DNA of 64,000 bases from Phoronis australis (Eukaryota > Animalia > Phoronida), in the NCBI GenBank assembly GCA_002633005.1, contig NMRA01000569.1:62001-126000 (forward strand), given 5' to 3'. The notes below the pieces were generated by a model, which had not been told where the DNA came from, did no database searches, and was given only the letters and a program-made list of their open reading frames with translations. A program made the position numbers and the translations under genes. Below are positions 1-13,740 of the stretch, piece after piece; position 1 is the stretch's first letter; each line of letters begins with the position of its first letter.

Positions 1-498
1 TGGAATAATAAACTTGCAAACCTTTCAAATAAGTCGAGCTTAAGAATTCCAATGTATCAAGCAAATATAACACGCTGTTCAATGTGGATTGTAAGAAAGT
101 GAAAATAGCGAAAACTGGGTGAGTATTTATGAAAATTTACACATGTCGACATATTTCAACCTAACCTATAGAAATGTGTGTGAGTGATAGTATCTTTTCC
201 ATCAATTCCAAATTCGGAATTCAAGACTTTCATTGCGAAATGTGCATTGTGATATAACAAGCGATGAAAATGAAACGTATGATAATTACAGATACATATA
301 ACAGATTTCCCTTTAAACAGAAACAATAATTTCAACAATTTCGGGGACTCTAATTTATGGATGTTTCTCGATAGACATTACATAAAAATTATACCACGGC
401 AGATAAAATGTAGGAAACCAGCGACAAAATTATCCAGTAAATTCAGAGCACCCGGCAATGTGTTTGACCTTACATGTTCATTCGATGAGTCTACTCAC

Positions 499-594
499 CA
501 TGAGAGAGGCCTCAACTATCTCCACTATCGATCTTAGTCTTTTCTCAATTATTGCTGCCGTTCACTGTATGTCCACTTTGACCAGATAACCAAC
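499..594 (-). other. Possible 5'UTR/start exon of a gene running off the left edge
   Basis: The minus-strand exon candidate ends ...CTC ATG|GTGAGT (strong donor right after an ATG, with an in-frame stop upstream). A possible upstream donor GAG|GTAACA lies at about 1471 and a CCAAT box at about 1535. The acceptor is weak. Confidence 0.3.
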
Positions 595-2605
595 CTGCGT
601 GTTTACGCAAATATTGCATTTAGTTTACAACCACGCATCGCCACATAAGTACATAAGTGTTAGTTCAGTGTTGCGCATCTATGAAGAAGACCAACCAAAA
701 ACTTCTGAACATCCGCGTCATGCCATTTACAGAATTCGTACACGACACTACCAGTCTAATATACATCCGATGATGAATTAAATACAAACATCTCAACAAC
801 AGTGCGTCGTGTTGGTCGTGCAGTCAATATCGATAGCGTCTTCAGAAGACACTGCAGCGCAAGAAATGAGTTGTCGCCGTTGGCTTGTCGAATTGTCTTT
901 TTCTTTATTCATATGGAAATGGTGTCAATCACAGAGATTGGTTTTTATGTAAACATGACGTCAACGGCAAAGCAAAAAAGAATGAGTGATGTTCCACTAC
1001 TATATACGAGTGTACTAATTAGACGCAGGAAGGTGTTCTGCAGTGTTGCATTGCCTTTGAGCAGCATTTTATTTTCTAAAATTAAAATAATACTGCATCA
1101 AAATTCTAACGGTACCATGATACTGACAGTCACGAGAAAAAAATATATTGGTAAAGCATTGACCAAGTAAAATACCCACAAAATAAAATCAAAAAAGAAC
1201 CCTGTACTAGTTATGTCAAAAACTGTGCAGCGAAACTTGGCTTTCCTCAAAATCCAACTACTGATTACATGCTCAGCAGAAAAGAAGCAAAACACTATCT
1301 CTGACTATTTAATTTTAGGTTATACTCAGTCACATTTCTTGTCTGTATTTTTCCAAAATTCAAAAACCTACCCACGTGTATTTTTCACGAACTATTCAAA
1401 TACGCTATTCAAAAACTTTCAAATGAAACATTCAAAAACTTTCAAATGAAACTTTCAAAAACAATGTTACCTCCTCCGCATCCCCTGCAAATTCCCACTT
1501 AATATCCAGAAGACGATAAGATCAGCTGAAGCTGATTGGTTACTTTGAAGATAACGACAGATTTTAAAGTTAGAAAATTGAACGGTCAAGTTGCCCAAAC
1601 TCAACCGGTGACGGTGTCAGCGCAGAATACTTTTCATGGTGAGCAGACGGAAACACACGGATAAAATAATTTTTGACGGCAATGCATCTACTAGGTTTAC
1701 TTGCATGTCAAAAAAAAAGAATATCTGTGTCTGAAATTAAGCCGTACGCGATACGAATTCGCAGTAATATCCACTCTATTTCACCCAAGACTTAATTATT
1801 TTAGCTAGTGCTTTTTGCCAAAACACCTTTAGATCAACTGACGGTTAGCAGAGCTTCTGAATCCTCTTACCTACGCCATCATTTCAGTCTAATATAAAGT
1901 TTCTATACAGTGGAAACCCGAGACCAACTAACAAAGAATAAAAATTGATTTGTGGACGAACGTAGCACAGAATATGAGGTAACAAGGAATGGTGTTTGTA
2001 TTCAACGTCACCCCCTAGTGTTCACTGAGCTCACAGTATTGATGCATTCTGGGTGATTAATTGAGGAGCTGTCTTAGGTCAACACAAAGCTGGTTTACTG
2101 TACTTCACATCAAATTACAAAGTGATACCGCAGGGGTTTCTGTTATTACAGGGCAATAAGAAGAAAGCTGTATGCAATGTAATCGCAATACTTTCATCAT
2201 TAGAGCCATTTCAAATCTGAAACAAGTTCGGTGCTTAGTCATTTCTTGTCCCTGTAGACAAAACTAATATCAATTCGTAGCACATGTAAAATCAATAAAT
2301 TGTTTTTCCCTGTAATACAGACATTTAATATTTCAATTTATTGTTTGATCTGCTGTATTAACCTTTCATAGTTTTAGAGCACTAATGACCAAGGTTTCTT
2401 GTACTAAAGTCCTGTCAAACAATCTAAGCCTATTTTTGTTACACCAGCGTCTTTCAGTTATCAGTTATTATTCCTTATGTCATTAAATAACAATTATCTC
2501 TTTTTGATTTTCTGCTCATCCTGCAGGTAAAACCTTTTGATACAGTTTAATACAGAAAATTATGAAAAAATAACATAAAAAACACAAAATAACATTTCTA
2601 GTATA

Positions 2606-2611
2606 TTTATT
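2606..2611 (-). terminator. Candidate polyadenylation signal of the EF-hand gene
   Basis: AATAAA on the minus strand about 345 nt after the stop, followed by T-rich sequence on that strand. Confidence 0.5.
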
Positions 2612-2955
2612 TACAAATGATGACATTAACTTTAATTGATAAAACACATTATTAAATACAAATTCAGGGAGAATTTTAGTTTGGTATAACTAGATCACGT
2701 TACCAATACAGCACTTTAAATCAATTAATTCAAAATGAGCCCTTGTGTGTCATAATACAAGCATACATTTTGCAGATATACAGTGCACCTTTTGCAAATC
2801 CTCTGAAACGAGAGACAATAAAAACATCATCACACAAAATAACTTCGCATAAAACTTAATATATTTACAAAAACATTTTTTCAGAATATATATATATATA
2901 TATTATAGTATATCATAGGAATAGTTTCTCTTCCACAATCTCGTAATAACTTTGC

Positions 2956-5900
2956 CTACGGCTTTCGGTACTCAAAACCACCAATGTCATAAATATCTTC
3001 ACAGAATGCTGTAAACTTGAACAGGTTCTTTCCACCAATTCGCACATCATATTTCTTAAACAAAACTTCAAAGTCCAATTCACTAGCCACATTGGCTATC
3101 TCCAGCTCAACTAGCGTTCGACGAAACTGACTGTGGGTAACTGTGCCATTGTGTGTAGTTTCAAAGTCTTCAAATAACGGAAACAACTGCATGCGCCTCT
3201 CACGCACCTGAAATAAAACACAAGCATTCATGTCAGAAGAGGTCAGTTGAATAAACACAAGCATTCATGTCAGAAGAGGTCAGTTGAATAAACACAAGCA
3301 TTTATGTCAGAAGAGGTCAGTTGAATAAACACAAGCATTCATGTCAGAAGAGGTCAGTTGAATAAACACGAGCATTCATGTCAGAAGAGGTCAGTTGAAT
3401 AAACACGAGTATTCATGTCAGAAGAGGTCAGTTGAATAAACACAAGCATTCATGTCAGAAGAGGTCAGTTGAATAAACACAAGCATTCATGTCAGAAGAG
3501 GTCAGTTGAATAAACACAAGCATTCATGTCAGAAGAGGTCAGTTGAATAAACACAAGCATTCATGTCAGAAGAGGTCAGTTGAATAAACACACCATTGGA
3601 GGATCTAGAAACTCATACTGGGGGTAGACTACAATTTCCAAATAACAGATGAATGCAATAGCCTTGAAACACTTATGGTTGGAGGGCAGGGTCTGGATCG
3701 ATCCCCCGGCATGAACACAACACAAGACATTTATGTGGGTGGATGTTGGGGCTGGAATGGGTGCTCAAATTCTATCCTAAGAAGAGATAGGTAAGTTATA
3801 AAAGGAAAAATTAATAAGCATAAATACATAAAAATGTGAGCATCCTTGTCAAACTCTGATAGAGGCATGTGCTCTACTGCTACCTCATATCTGAAAGCAA
3901 TTCCTCAATGAAAATGCAACAATCCCCACTTATTTTGTAAGTACACAAATCCCAACTGAGCCAAGAAGGCATTGTAAGTGCGACAACACAACAGAGTGAT
4001 GCTAATCGCCAATTTAAGCAAACTCAGTTCTGTATTCGCCAATTTCTCACAATTCATCGGATTAATTAGCAATAGTTAAACTGAAGGCTTCTTTGAATTT
4101 ATTGAGATTGGGCAAAAATAGGTCAGAAATCACAACAAGGGGGTGATTCATATCTCAGAGGCCCTGTTGCGAAAACAGTGATATCCAAACACCTACCTTC
4201 TCAGCTATCCTACACATAAAAGTAATATCCAAACACCTACCTTCTCAGCTATCCTACACATAACATCTTGCAGTCGTTGAACGTCATCTTCCGTCAGAGG
4301 GTTGAAGTCATACTCTGTGGGGGGTGAGTACACATCAACCTCTCTCAAAGGTTGCTTCTCCAGATTACTGACAGTGAAGACGGACTCCATCTCATTGGAG
4401 AATTTCAACCAATCCACGTACTGTGGATCTGCTGACTGGTACCTAGAGAACAGTACAGAATGGCTCTAATACTTTTCAGTGCCAACACAGGAACCACGCT
4501 ATCATCTTCACTTGTTCTCTTAAAACCTCATCTTATGAATGAAGGAAAACAACTAAAAAAAAATAATTCAGCTACAGGTAATGATATCATGCAATCATGA
4601 AATAAGGTAATTTCTCAATTATTTTGTGTTATGAAATGCCAAAATCATCAATTTCAATGCATCAAAGGAGGAGAATATTGTAGCAGTTAACAAAACTTTA
4701 ATTGACTGCTTTGTGATACAAGCATGGGTGCAACAAGCAGCCACTGTAAATGAGTTTTGCTACTGTTTAATTTAGATTTAAAAAATAACAAAATAAAACT
4801 TCAACTTTCCACGATGACATGTACTAGAAAAGAGACCCACAAATTACAATTTGAGGAAACAATAATTATCTTTTGCACATGAATATTTTTCCAAACAATA
4901 ACAATCACAATAGTCCTCGCAGGTTATCGACACCATGCAACTTACTTGTCCTCAAGCATAGCCACTTCTGATTCTTTCATCTGAAATCCACACAAGTCTA
5001 AAGCTCTCCTGAATGAAATCTTCAACATGCGCCCAGTGCGAAGTTTGTCATAATCCCGCATGTACTCATGAACTCTCACTCTCTGCCTTTTCACCTAAAA
5101 AGACATCAATCACACTAATAAACTGCACCCTGTTTAAATATAAGCACGGAATTTAGAACCAAACATCAATCCAGAAAGGCTGGACAATAAATCGGGGCCC
5201 TTGACATTACTTCGACAAACATAAATCTAATATGTGCTTGATAATTAATTATAGCACAACTGGCTCCTTCACACACCCATATCTAATAATTGGTGAACAA
5301 ATTTTAACACACTGAACTAAAATTAATGTTTTAAGAAGGGCATAAGACTACAGCAAACACACTTCATATGATTGTTACCTTTGATTTCAACTTCTCCAAT
5401 AACTGCTCAAAATCTGTGCATGGAAGAATCTCAGGCAGAATTTTAGATGCATTTGTCTGTCGAAGATTCTTGATACGTTCCAAGTACAGTGACTCGGCTT
5501 CTGGCTTGGGTTCCAATTCAGACAAGAATTCCAGATAGTTGAATCCAACATCGTTGCAGAATTTGCCCTCAATGGCCGACATTTCTTCTTCTGTACATTC
5601 CAGTTCTAGTGTTGACACTACTTGACGGAACTGTCCACGAGTCACGTGACCATTGTTGTTCCTGAGAAAATCGTAAAGTTTAAAAACTATTTCATGAACC
5701 AACTTTAAGTAAAATATATATATCATTATTACACATTTTATGAAACTGAGAGGAAGTGAAATTAAATAAAATTAAAACATTAATGCCATTTCAAACTATA
5801 ACAAAACAGTTACATCCCAATCGTTGTCTCCCTTACCTATCAAAATCTTGGAATGTTGGTTTGGGCAATATCCTTCTAGTGCGTGTTCTTCTGCGCAGTC

Positions 5901-8900
5901 GTTCCATGGCTTCATTAACAGTCTGTTGGTGATCCCCCGAGGCATTCCTCCAGTCAATAGTACCTGGCTTGGGCACACGGAATACTTCTTGTGCTGGTAC
6001 ACTGTGTGTCGGTGTCTTCTCAAGGTTGGGTTGTGTGAACACTGTAGAGGATGGAACACAACTACATGAAAATTTTATTGAGCACACACATCCTTAGACA
6101 CCCTTAGAGAGAAACATAGAGTGAGTGGGTGCAATTCCTCCATTTCAGCACAGGGACTGAACCCCAAGACTGCCCTCTGGATCTGCACCTGAGTATGTGT
6201 TCAGTCGCTATGTTCTCATTTTGCATCTGTTACACGAAATTTCAAATTGAAGTAAGATAAAGTTTTTAGTTTTCCACAGCAGTGCTATGAGCAGAGTGAG
6301 GGGGGCTGTTGATCTGGCATATTTGACAATTTGAAACATAACTTATTGTAGTTTAAAGTTGATGATTTTTGGGCCTTCAAAAGCATGCTCAATGTAATTA
6401 CTTAATGGGACACAGAAGCTTTCGTTGTTACAAAAAAACAATGTCACAGTTTTTGATTTTATAACTGCCCAATAAAACCTTTTCAGTGACTTTGAGGTAA
6501 TGTACTCATCACTTAGACACTAATTTCTTAATGACTACATATTTCAATTATGTTTCAGAATTTTTAAGAATCCAGAATCCAAAAGGACATGTTGCTACAA
6601 GCAAATATCTCAGAGATACACCTAGGCAGTTAAATCAGCAATAGTCTGATATAACGTGCCCGCATTTTGAGGACCAGTTTGATGCCCAATATTTAGTGGG
6701 GAAAACTGGTTCTCAAAATTCGGGCACATTATATTAGACCATTACCGTTAAGTCTTGTGATTTTAGGTGTGGCAAACACGTCACACAGTGTTGAAAACCA
6801 CTGTATAGATTTCAACAACTTAAAACCAAACACAAACAGTTACAACACTGACCATTGATTACAGCAATGAATTACATTACTTACCGCTCTCCACGTCTCG
6901 TTCAAAATTCTTCCAGAACACCTTGTCTGGTTTTTGTGGATTCCTATAATAATCTGCCAACACCTGAAACTGTGCATCGGTCAGTTCGTGGTGACCTAGT
7001 TTACTGAGACCAAGAGAGCTCAGTGCACGCCGGAACTGGCTGACACTCATCTCATTACTTCTCAATGGGTCATAGTCTTCAAAATATATGCACACCTGAA
7101 AATACAATGACATGTTTTGAAGGCGATATGCAATGCCACCACTTACATAGTGGCTTGGAAACCACGACATTTTAAAACAATTTTTAGTACACTAAAGATT
7201 GAATGGAATTCATTGTTTGTTTCTGCACTTGATTCATTGCCAAATTTTTTAGTTTGAAGTTTCCTATTTGAACCTGACCTATTGTTGTTCGTTGATTTAA
7301 GCACTTAGGAAATATTCTGGCTAGCTAAAATCAACAATTTTCAATGATCATTATCATAATTCATAGTATCCCACTAATTACACTTATTTTGTTATCATAA
7401 AGTCATCACATTCACACAGTCATTAATATTTTCAATGACACTGTTCCTATTCCAGCAGCAAGTGCAGATTTGCATAAAACAATCAAGACTTTTCAATAGA
7501 AATAATTAAGGTTTGGTGTTAAGTACATCATATTTTACTATAACTTTCCATAGTTGTCTACTTGCTTGATCTGAGTTATGAAAAAAAGTTAAGTTACATG
7601 CATTAGTAACATTGCTTTTCGTTCCTAATTTTGGGGTGGACAAGTTAGCATTACTACACATGATAACAACATGTTCCGACTTGAGTATACTAATGAAAGA
7701 TTCACTGTTGCTAAATGAATTTATTTGATAGTTTGAAGTTTGAGACTTTGTTCTGACTTAAGAAGTTCAGCGTGGGTCTTTATCTCAAGTCTAAGTTATA
7801 AGCTTACCCTCAAACTGTTAGCAAGCACATGGCTGCGAATTCGGGCCATGAGGAGGTCAAAGTTCACTTCACTTGTGTCGATTGGTACTTCTTTATTCTC
7901 CTGATAAGGAGATTTGAAAACGTCTGGCTTTGGATCATCTACTGTACTTAGAACAAACTCTGAAAACAATGACAAGATTTGGTTGTTTTTGAGTTGTTTG
8001 ACTATGCAACAGTTTGCAAAGTTCCACATAAATATAACAAAATGTACCCAACAAAAATAAATAATGAATACAGTCAAACTTCAGCACACATGATATAGCT
8101 ATACTTGAGATTAGAAAAAAAACATTCAGTACAGAAATTTTAATTACGAATCCCTGATCAATCACCTTTATCAACTGCTTGAACAAAATCTGGGTAGTTG
8201 ACATCCCCTGTAGCAGGGTCAGCAAACTTTTGACAGAGCAACTTGAGGTCTTCTGCAGATACATTGAGACCCAAGAAATGAAGTATCCGACCAAACTGTG
8301 TGGGAGTCATGACACGTGTGTACGCCTTGCTCTGAAATAATTGAAAACCAATCCTACATCATCAATGGCAACAACCATCATGTGCTACCCATGGTTGACA
8401 CAGGAGAAAAGAACTTCCATTAAAAGATATAAATACATTCACTATGACTTTCACATCTAAAGACATTTTACAATAATTTAGTTAAGTGGCTTCCATAACT
8501 GTACTTTGTCAATAAGCATTCTCACCTACACTAATTCATTTCCAAAAAGAGCACCTGTCTAGTGATTCACCGACTTACCCTGTCGTAATCTTTGAAGTAC
8601 TGGTACATGGCAATACGGCGCTCCTGGACCATCTCTTTAATTCGGCAAATAACTTCATCTACTCTGGAATCTGAATTTTCATCCATAATTTTCAGAGTCT
8701 GTAAAATTAAAGTGAAAATGAAAATTAAAACAGTTGGCTGTACACCCCACCCTGTGTCATGTCTACTATAGAAACCCCTTACCATAACAAAATAAACTTT
8801 TTCATACTTCACACTTGTCCAAAAGCAACTTGAGACTAAACAACCATCACCAACAAGAAATCTCTAATATCCACATAAAATACTTACACGGCCCAGAGCC

Positions 8901-11900
8901 CCCCTTGGTGGACGGGTCACAGTTTGTGTGGGTTTCTTGTCCAGGTCTGGGATGTTGAAGGCTACAACAAATAACATTAATGTTGTACAAGTGCCAAACA
9001 GACTGAAATTCAGGATTTCAATTGAAAAGCAATGCAAAAGCAATTACACAGTAATTGTCATGTAATAAAGTTGCAACATAAGACCAGCAAAAAACTGGGA
9101 TCAAATTGGGATCTAAAATTTATCTAATGATAAATTGATAAAAAGTAGTGATCCAACTATAATTGTATGATTTGACCACAAGTTGTAGCAGGCACTTACT
9201 GTTCTCCATCATATCACAGAACTCTTTGTATCGGACGCGGTCATCATCGACTCTGTAAAACTCCACCAGTTTCTGCATCTCTGGACGAGACAACTGGGCC
9301 TCCTTCCCAATACACAGTGATAGGCCACACACAAACTGGTTCTCCGTGACGATGCCTGAGCGCAGCTTGTCATGGTCCTTAAAGTATTCGTGAGAGCGCA
9401 CTCCATTTTTGTAAATAGCAATGCGCACCTTGTCAAAAATTTGTTGAAGAGCCGGATCTTCTTTTCTCTGAAAAAATACCAAATAAAATACAATATAATA
9501 AAATAAAATAAATGACTTCAAATGAATGTAACCGAATAAAAAAACTAGGACCTGGTCTACCAAAAATCACAGGATTTTGCACAAATTTTGTTCACTGATT
9601 ACAAGCCATTCATCTTAATACTGGGCACACTGAAATTCCCAAGGTCACAACATTGTATGAGGTCTTTAATTACTCCTGACTTAATGTTCTGCTGTTAGTA
9701 GAAAGGAGGTAATCATTGATCTAGAACATGGTTACAGTATTTAAACTCAAAATGCTCCATTCAAATCAGAGTTTTGAGACACTGTGAACTTGCCTGCAAT
9801 TTGATGCATTGTCAATACTGGTGGACCGATAATCGATTACAACAGAAAAATAATCAACTATGACCAAGAACCCAAATCAAATACCCCATTAAGCACTATA
9901 TGCATCGAGCAGAGACCTAGCTCAGCATCAAGGTTAAAGAACAGACTCTTCCAAAACTGCACAAGAATTTCAATTGCCTTACATTTTTTGGGAGATAATC
10001 AGTGTCATTGCCAATATCGTTGAGGTTGACTTCCTTTAACGCCAACTGCTGCTGTATGGCCACCAAGTCGTGATGTAAGTTCAAGTAAACAATTAGACCA
10101 GGATTCTCAGGATCACGGTACTTTTTCACCAGCAAGTTTTTCTCTTCCTCAGTTACATCACTGGGACCAGGAAAGTTTTGATAGAACTGAAATTAAAAAT
10201 TGAGCAGATATTACCACACACAAATAAATACCATGCTTTTGTCTATAAGAAGAAACAGTTCATCTCTTTCAATTATTTAGTGTGAAGTTGTATTCATTTG
10301 TATTCTTTTTATCACTTATGATTTCACTCTTTCTTATTGAAATACCTGCCCACTGTCGTCCTTGAAAACAATTGATTGTGTTTTAGGGTGGAACCTTTGG
10401 CTTTGTAATTTCTGATACAGGAAGTATTCCACCACACATAATAAAATCATGGACCAAATACAGTTAATCATTGATTGCCTGAATGGAAAAACTCACTTTA
10501 TTCATTCCACTTTGAAGTTCGTGAATTTGGCTTGACCTAATTAGCGCTGCATAGAACTAACTTTCTTTTTTACAAATACGATGGAAATAAGTCCTTGACT
10601 TTTTGTGTTATCTGTCTTAATATGTCTTGTGTTTTCTTGCAATTATTTTGTACTTATGTGTTAGTATCATCAATTCTGAGATTTAAAATTTATTCAACAT
10701 CAGTCATATCAAATTAAGAAGTTGGACATAATATAATATCATAACACAACAACAAGAAGAGATTTATCAGTTTGGACATACCATACTCTCTGTGATACGG
10801 CCAATGTGATGTACATCAAAGTCTTCATAACAGGTTCTTAGATTTATGCCGTGGTATTTGTAAAATGCTTGCATCCGTAGTAAACATCCTTCAATACGTT
10901 TCTCAGCACCAGGACTCAAAGGTCGCACAGATCGCATTGTCCCCAAACTGCAGGAACAAATAAACCCATTTATAAACACAGAAAAAGTACTTTTACACCG
11001 TAAGAACTTTTAACTTAATTAAAGATGAATAATTATCTTCATATTTTGTAATTATATGCAAAATTAGCAATGATATTCAAAAAGAGTACATGGTGTTTTA
11101 CATAAATCTGTGTATTCATTGTCACACCTTAGACATGACAAGGAGCACTGCATGGGTAATTATGAGCTTGGGAGCTGTTAATACCATAACCACTGATCTC
11201 CACCTCAACCTAAAAAGAGCATGTAGTGAGCATGTCATTGAGAAACTTTCAATAGATACAGTACAGGTACACTGGACCTTGGCCTTTTTTAATGTGCTAA
11301 TATGCATTTTATCAAAAATGTTAAAAATTATTTTTGGTTAAGAAACTTGTAACTTGGAATTGAAGACAAAGAAACTTACAATTCAGGTGCCTCATTTTTC
11401 TGCAAAGCCGGGTCTCTTGCCGTGTCATATGCATTGAACTTTCGGGTAATGTGCTCGCAAAACAGTCTATAATTGACTCTCCCATTCTTCTTAACATCAT
11501 ACTTTTGTGTGATTGCCTCTTCTTCGTCTGATGACAACTTAATTCTTAGATGTGCCCACAATACACGAAAGAATTGGCTTGCTATAACGACAACAAAAAA
11601 CAAACACACTGTCACTGTTCCAGTTCTAAAGCTCACGACAGCACTGGGCTTTATCTAGGGAAATATCAGAGGGTGTTTGTATCAGACAGTTGGATTTTGC
11701 ATGAGTATACATAAGGCTAGAACCAAATCACTTGAAAGAGTGGGTTGCACATGAAACATATGAATGATACATGAGAAGGGGCCAGGTAAGTGAACTGCAC
11801 TATACAAGCAAAGAATTTTTTTCTTTGTATTAAATTGTACGATGCAACACATTAAGTAATTATCTTCAGCAAGTCAAAGTTGATTGATTCAAGGATGGCA

Positions 11901-12627
11901 ATACACATTCAGGCCTGAATGTAAACTCTCCAGTCATCTTGACGAGGTACAAAAATACAAGTACCAAGTACTCTAAGCCTTTTTTGCCAAAGAAGTTTTC
12001 AATTATAGCCACACCACCACCATCAGATCAATGTGTTGGTGCTCAGGGGGAGTCTAATACCTCTCAGAGCCAAAATTTCAGAGGAATCCAATTTGTCATT
12101 GTGTTTACAATTGCATAGACAATCCACAGCTCTCATTTTGTCTACGGCATTTGATGCAATATATGCAAGTGGCATGGATCTTTTGTGTTGTAGATTTGAA
12201 TCAGAAACAAAAAAAAAAATAATTGGAACCTTTTTAGAATTGTTTGAAAAATAGTGAATTAATAGCTTTTACAGCACAATTTTGAAAATTCGTACAAGGA
12301 TTCAGCTGTACTAAAACTTCCAGTGTTTCATCTAAGATATCACAGGTTGAAAGTTTGATCATGCTAAGCAATTAAATGCACTCCTGTGCTTTCAGTTTGA
12401 AACATTTAGCAGAAGTGGACCTGAGCTCGTTGGGATTGAAAACACTTGTTTAAGAGTTGAACACATCACACACCTTTAAAACATTTACCTGATACAAAGC
12501 CGGATCTTAAATTATCAAAGTCATAGAAGAATTCTTCAACTCTGACACCCTTTGTCTGAGCAGTTAGTCTTACGCGGTTCTCTACATCATGAGAAATGTA
12601 ATGTGGAGTGGCCACCGCAGCAGACAT
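2956..12627 (-). CDS. Multi-EF-hand repeat protein, 930 aa, FAP115/CFAP115-like ciliary microtubule inner protein (15 coding exons)
   Basis: Coding exons 5'->3': 12627-12489, 11581-11380, 10947-10782, 10186-9983, 9467-9200, 8961-8888, 8698-8579, 8331-8166, 7959-7808, 7095-6885, 6041-5837, 5661-5379, 5094-4946, 4442-4241, 3207-2956. All junctions are GT-AG with compatible phases; total 2793 nt. Starts MSAAVATPHYISHDVENRVR, ends GGFEYRKP*. Eight repeats of (R/K)-x-[FY]-x-D-[FY]-D-x4-G-x-[VI]-[TS]-x2-QF, e.g. FFYDFDNLRSGFVSASQF, YFKDHDKLRSGIVTENQF, TFQDFDRNNNGHVTRGQF. The gene model is solid; the family name rests on recalled motif similarity. Confidence 0.88.
3216..3592. repeat. 37-bp minisatellite, about 10 near-identical copies
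   Basis: Unit GGTCAGTTGAATAAACACAAGCATTCATGTCAGAAGA, period 37 (e.g. 3241, 3278). It abuts the last 3' splice site of the EF-hand gene. Confidence 0.97.
4181..4263. repeat. 39-bp direct duplication spanning an exon/intron junction
   Basis: ATATCCAAACACCTACCTTCTCAGCTATCCTACACATAA at 4181-4219 and 4225-4263. Confidence 0.92.
6635..6748. mobile_element. Short hairpin MITE (Tc1/mariner-type)
   Basis: Imperfect inverted arms AATAGTCTGATATAACGTGCCCGCATTTTGAGGACCAGTTT and AAACTGGTTCTCAAAATTCGGGCACATTATATTAGACCATT. Confidence 0.6.
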
Positions 12628-13658
12628 GGTTAGACTCGGTTACACCTGAAACAGCAAGGAATAAAAATACAGTACTCCAAATACAAAATGTCACGCTCAC
12701 TATTTTCAAAGCAATGACTTTCATTGAGCAATTAGTACTAATTACTTTAATGTGTAAAGCAGGAAACACAATACGTGCAATGGATTGTGGGATTTAGAAC
12801 CATCAACGTAGATGACCACAACAAAAGGTCACCAGCTGGCACAACGGCTTGATATCCCATAACTTCCTCCTCGCCTAGAGGTGCATAATGTGAGTTTTCG
12901 GCAAAGGTCAATGCAAATATTTTCTATAAATGTAGAGTAAATTGCATGTTGTTATATACTCCAGTTTTAACTTGAAGTGACAACTTATTACGCGATGCAG
13001 TAGCTAATATAATAAAAATTAGTCTGGGGAACATGTACAAGGACCAAATCTCCTAACGTGACACTGTCAATTGACTATCAAAAGACGTTAAGACATCTGA
13101 CATCAACTGTAAAAGCTTCTCATATAAATCAGCACAGTAACCGATTATCAAAATTACATGACACGCACTGGTATAGATCAAACAATTCAGGCAGCAACTT
13201 GACTTCTGCCGGACAATTTAGATGGATAAAATGGGGGTAATCCTGCATATTTAGTCATCTAAATTATTGGGAAGTCAAACCAGTAACATCCACTTCCAGA
13301 TCATAATAAGACTGCTAAATGCATGGGTTACTTACAATAGTCAATACATACATCTCTAATAATGCTACTATTCACATCTCTGTTGATAATGATGTACCAT
13401 GCACTACACTACAGGCGTACTAGTAGTATTGTACTGCAGTAGTGTAGTAGCCCTACTATAAGATAGTAGTAGTGTACTATACTACTATAGACATTGGTTT
13501 CAATAAAATTCAATTATACATCATCTGTCATCACCAATTCAATACCTATCAAAATTTCATTGTGGATGACAATGAGCAAATTTTAAGAAATCTTGTAGTA
13601 ATCCAGCAAATGAATAACTTTATCAAATAAAAAAGACCTTAGCTAAGTGAACATTTAC

Positions 13659-13740
13659 CTGCTAGTCTGTAAATATAACACGGTAACACAAACCCTGCAA
13701 CATTAGAAATGATTCAGTTTCTGAGCTGCCAAGCAACCAA
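13659..13740 (-). other. Probable non-coding first exon (5'UTR) of the EF-hand repeat gene
   Basis: Strong donor CAG|GTAAAT on the minus strand at 13659/13658. The ATG exon has an acceptor (TTTCAG) 18 nt upstream of the ATG, so an upstream exon is needed. The 5' boundary is approximate. Confidence 0.55.
13725..13737. promoter_or_regulatory. RFX X-box-like motif GCTGCCAAGCAAC
   Basis: Near match to the X-box consensus GTNRCC-N0-3-RGYAAC, at the predicted start of a ciliary-type gene. Confidence 0.55.

Noticed and set aside
3216-3592. 37-bp repeats as a CRISPR array
   Set aside because: The units are contiguous with no unique spacers, lie in a eukaryotic intron, and no cas genes are present.
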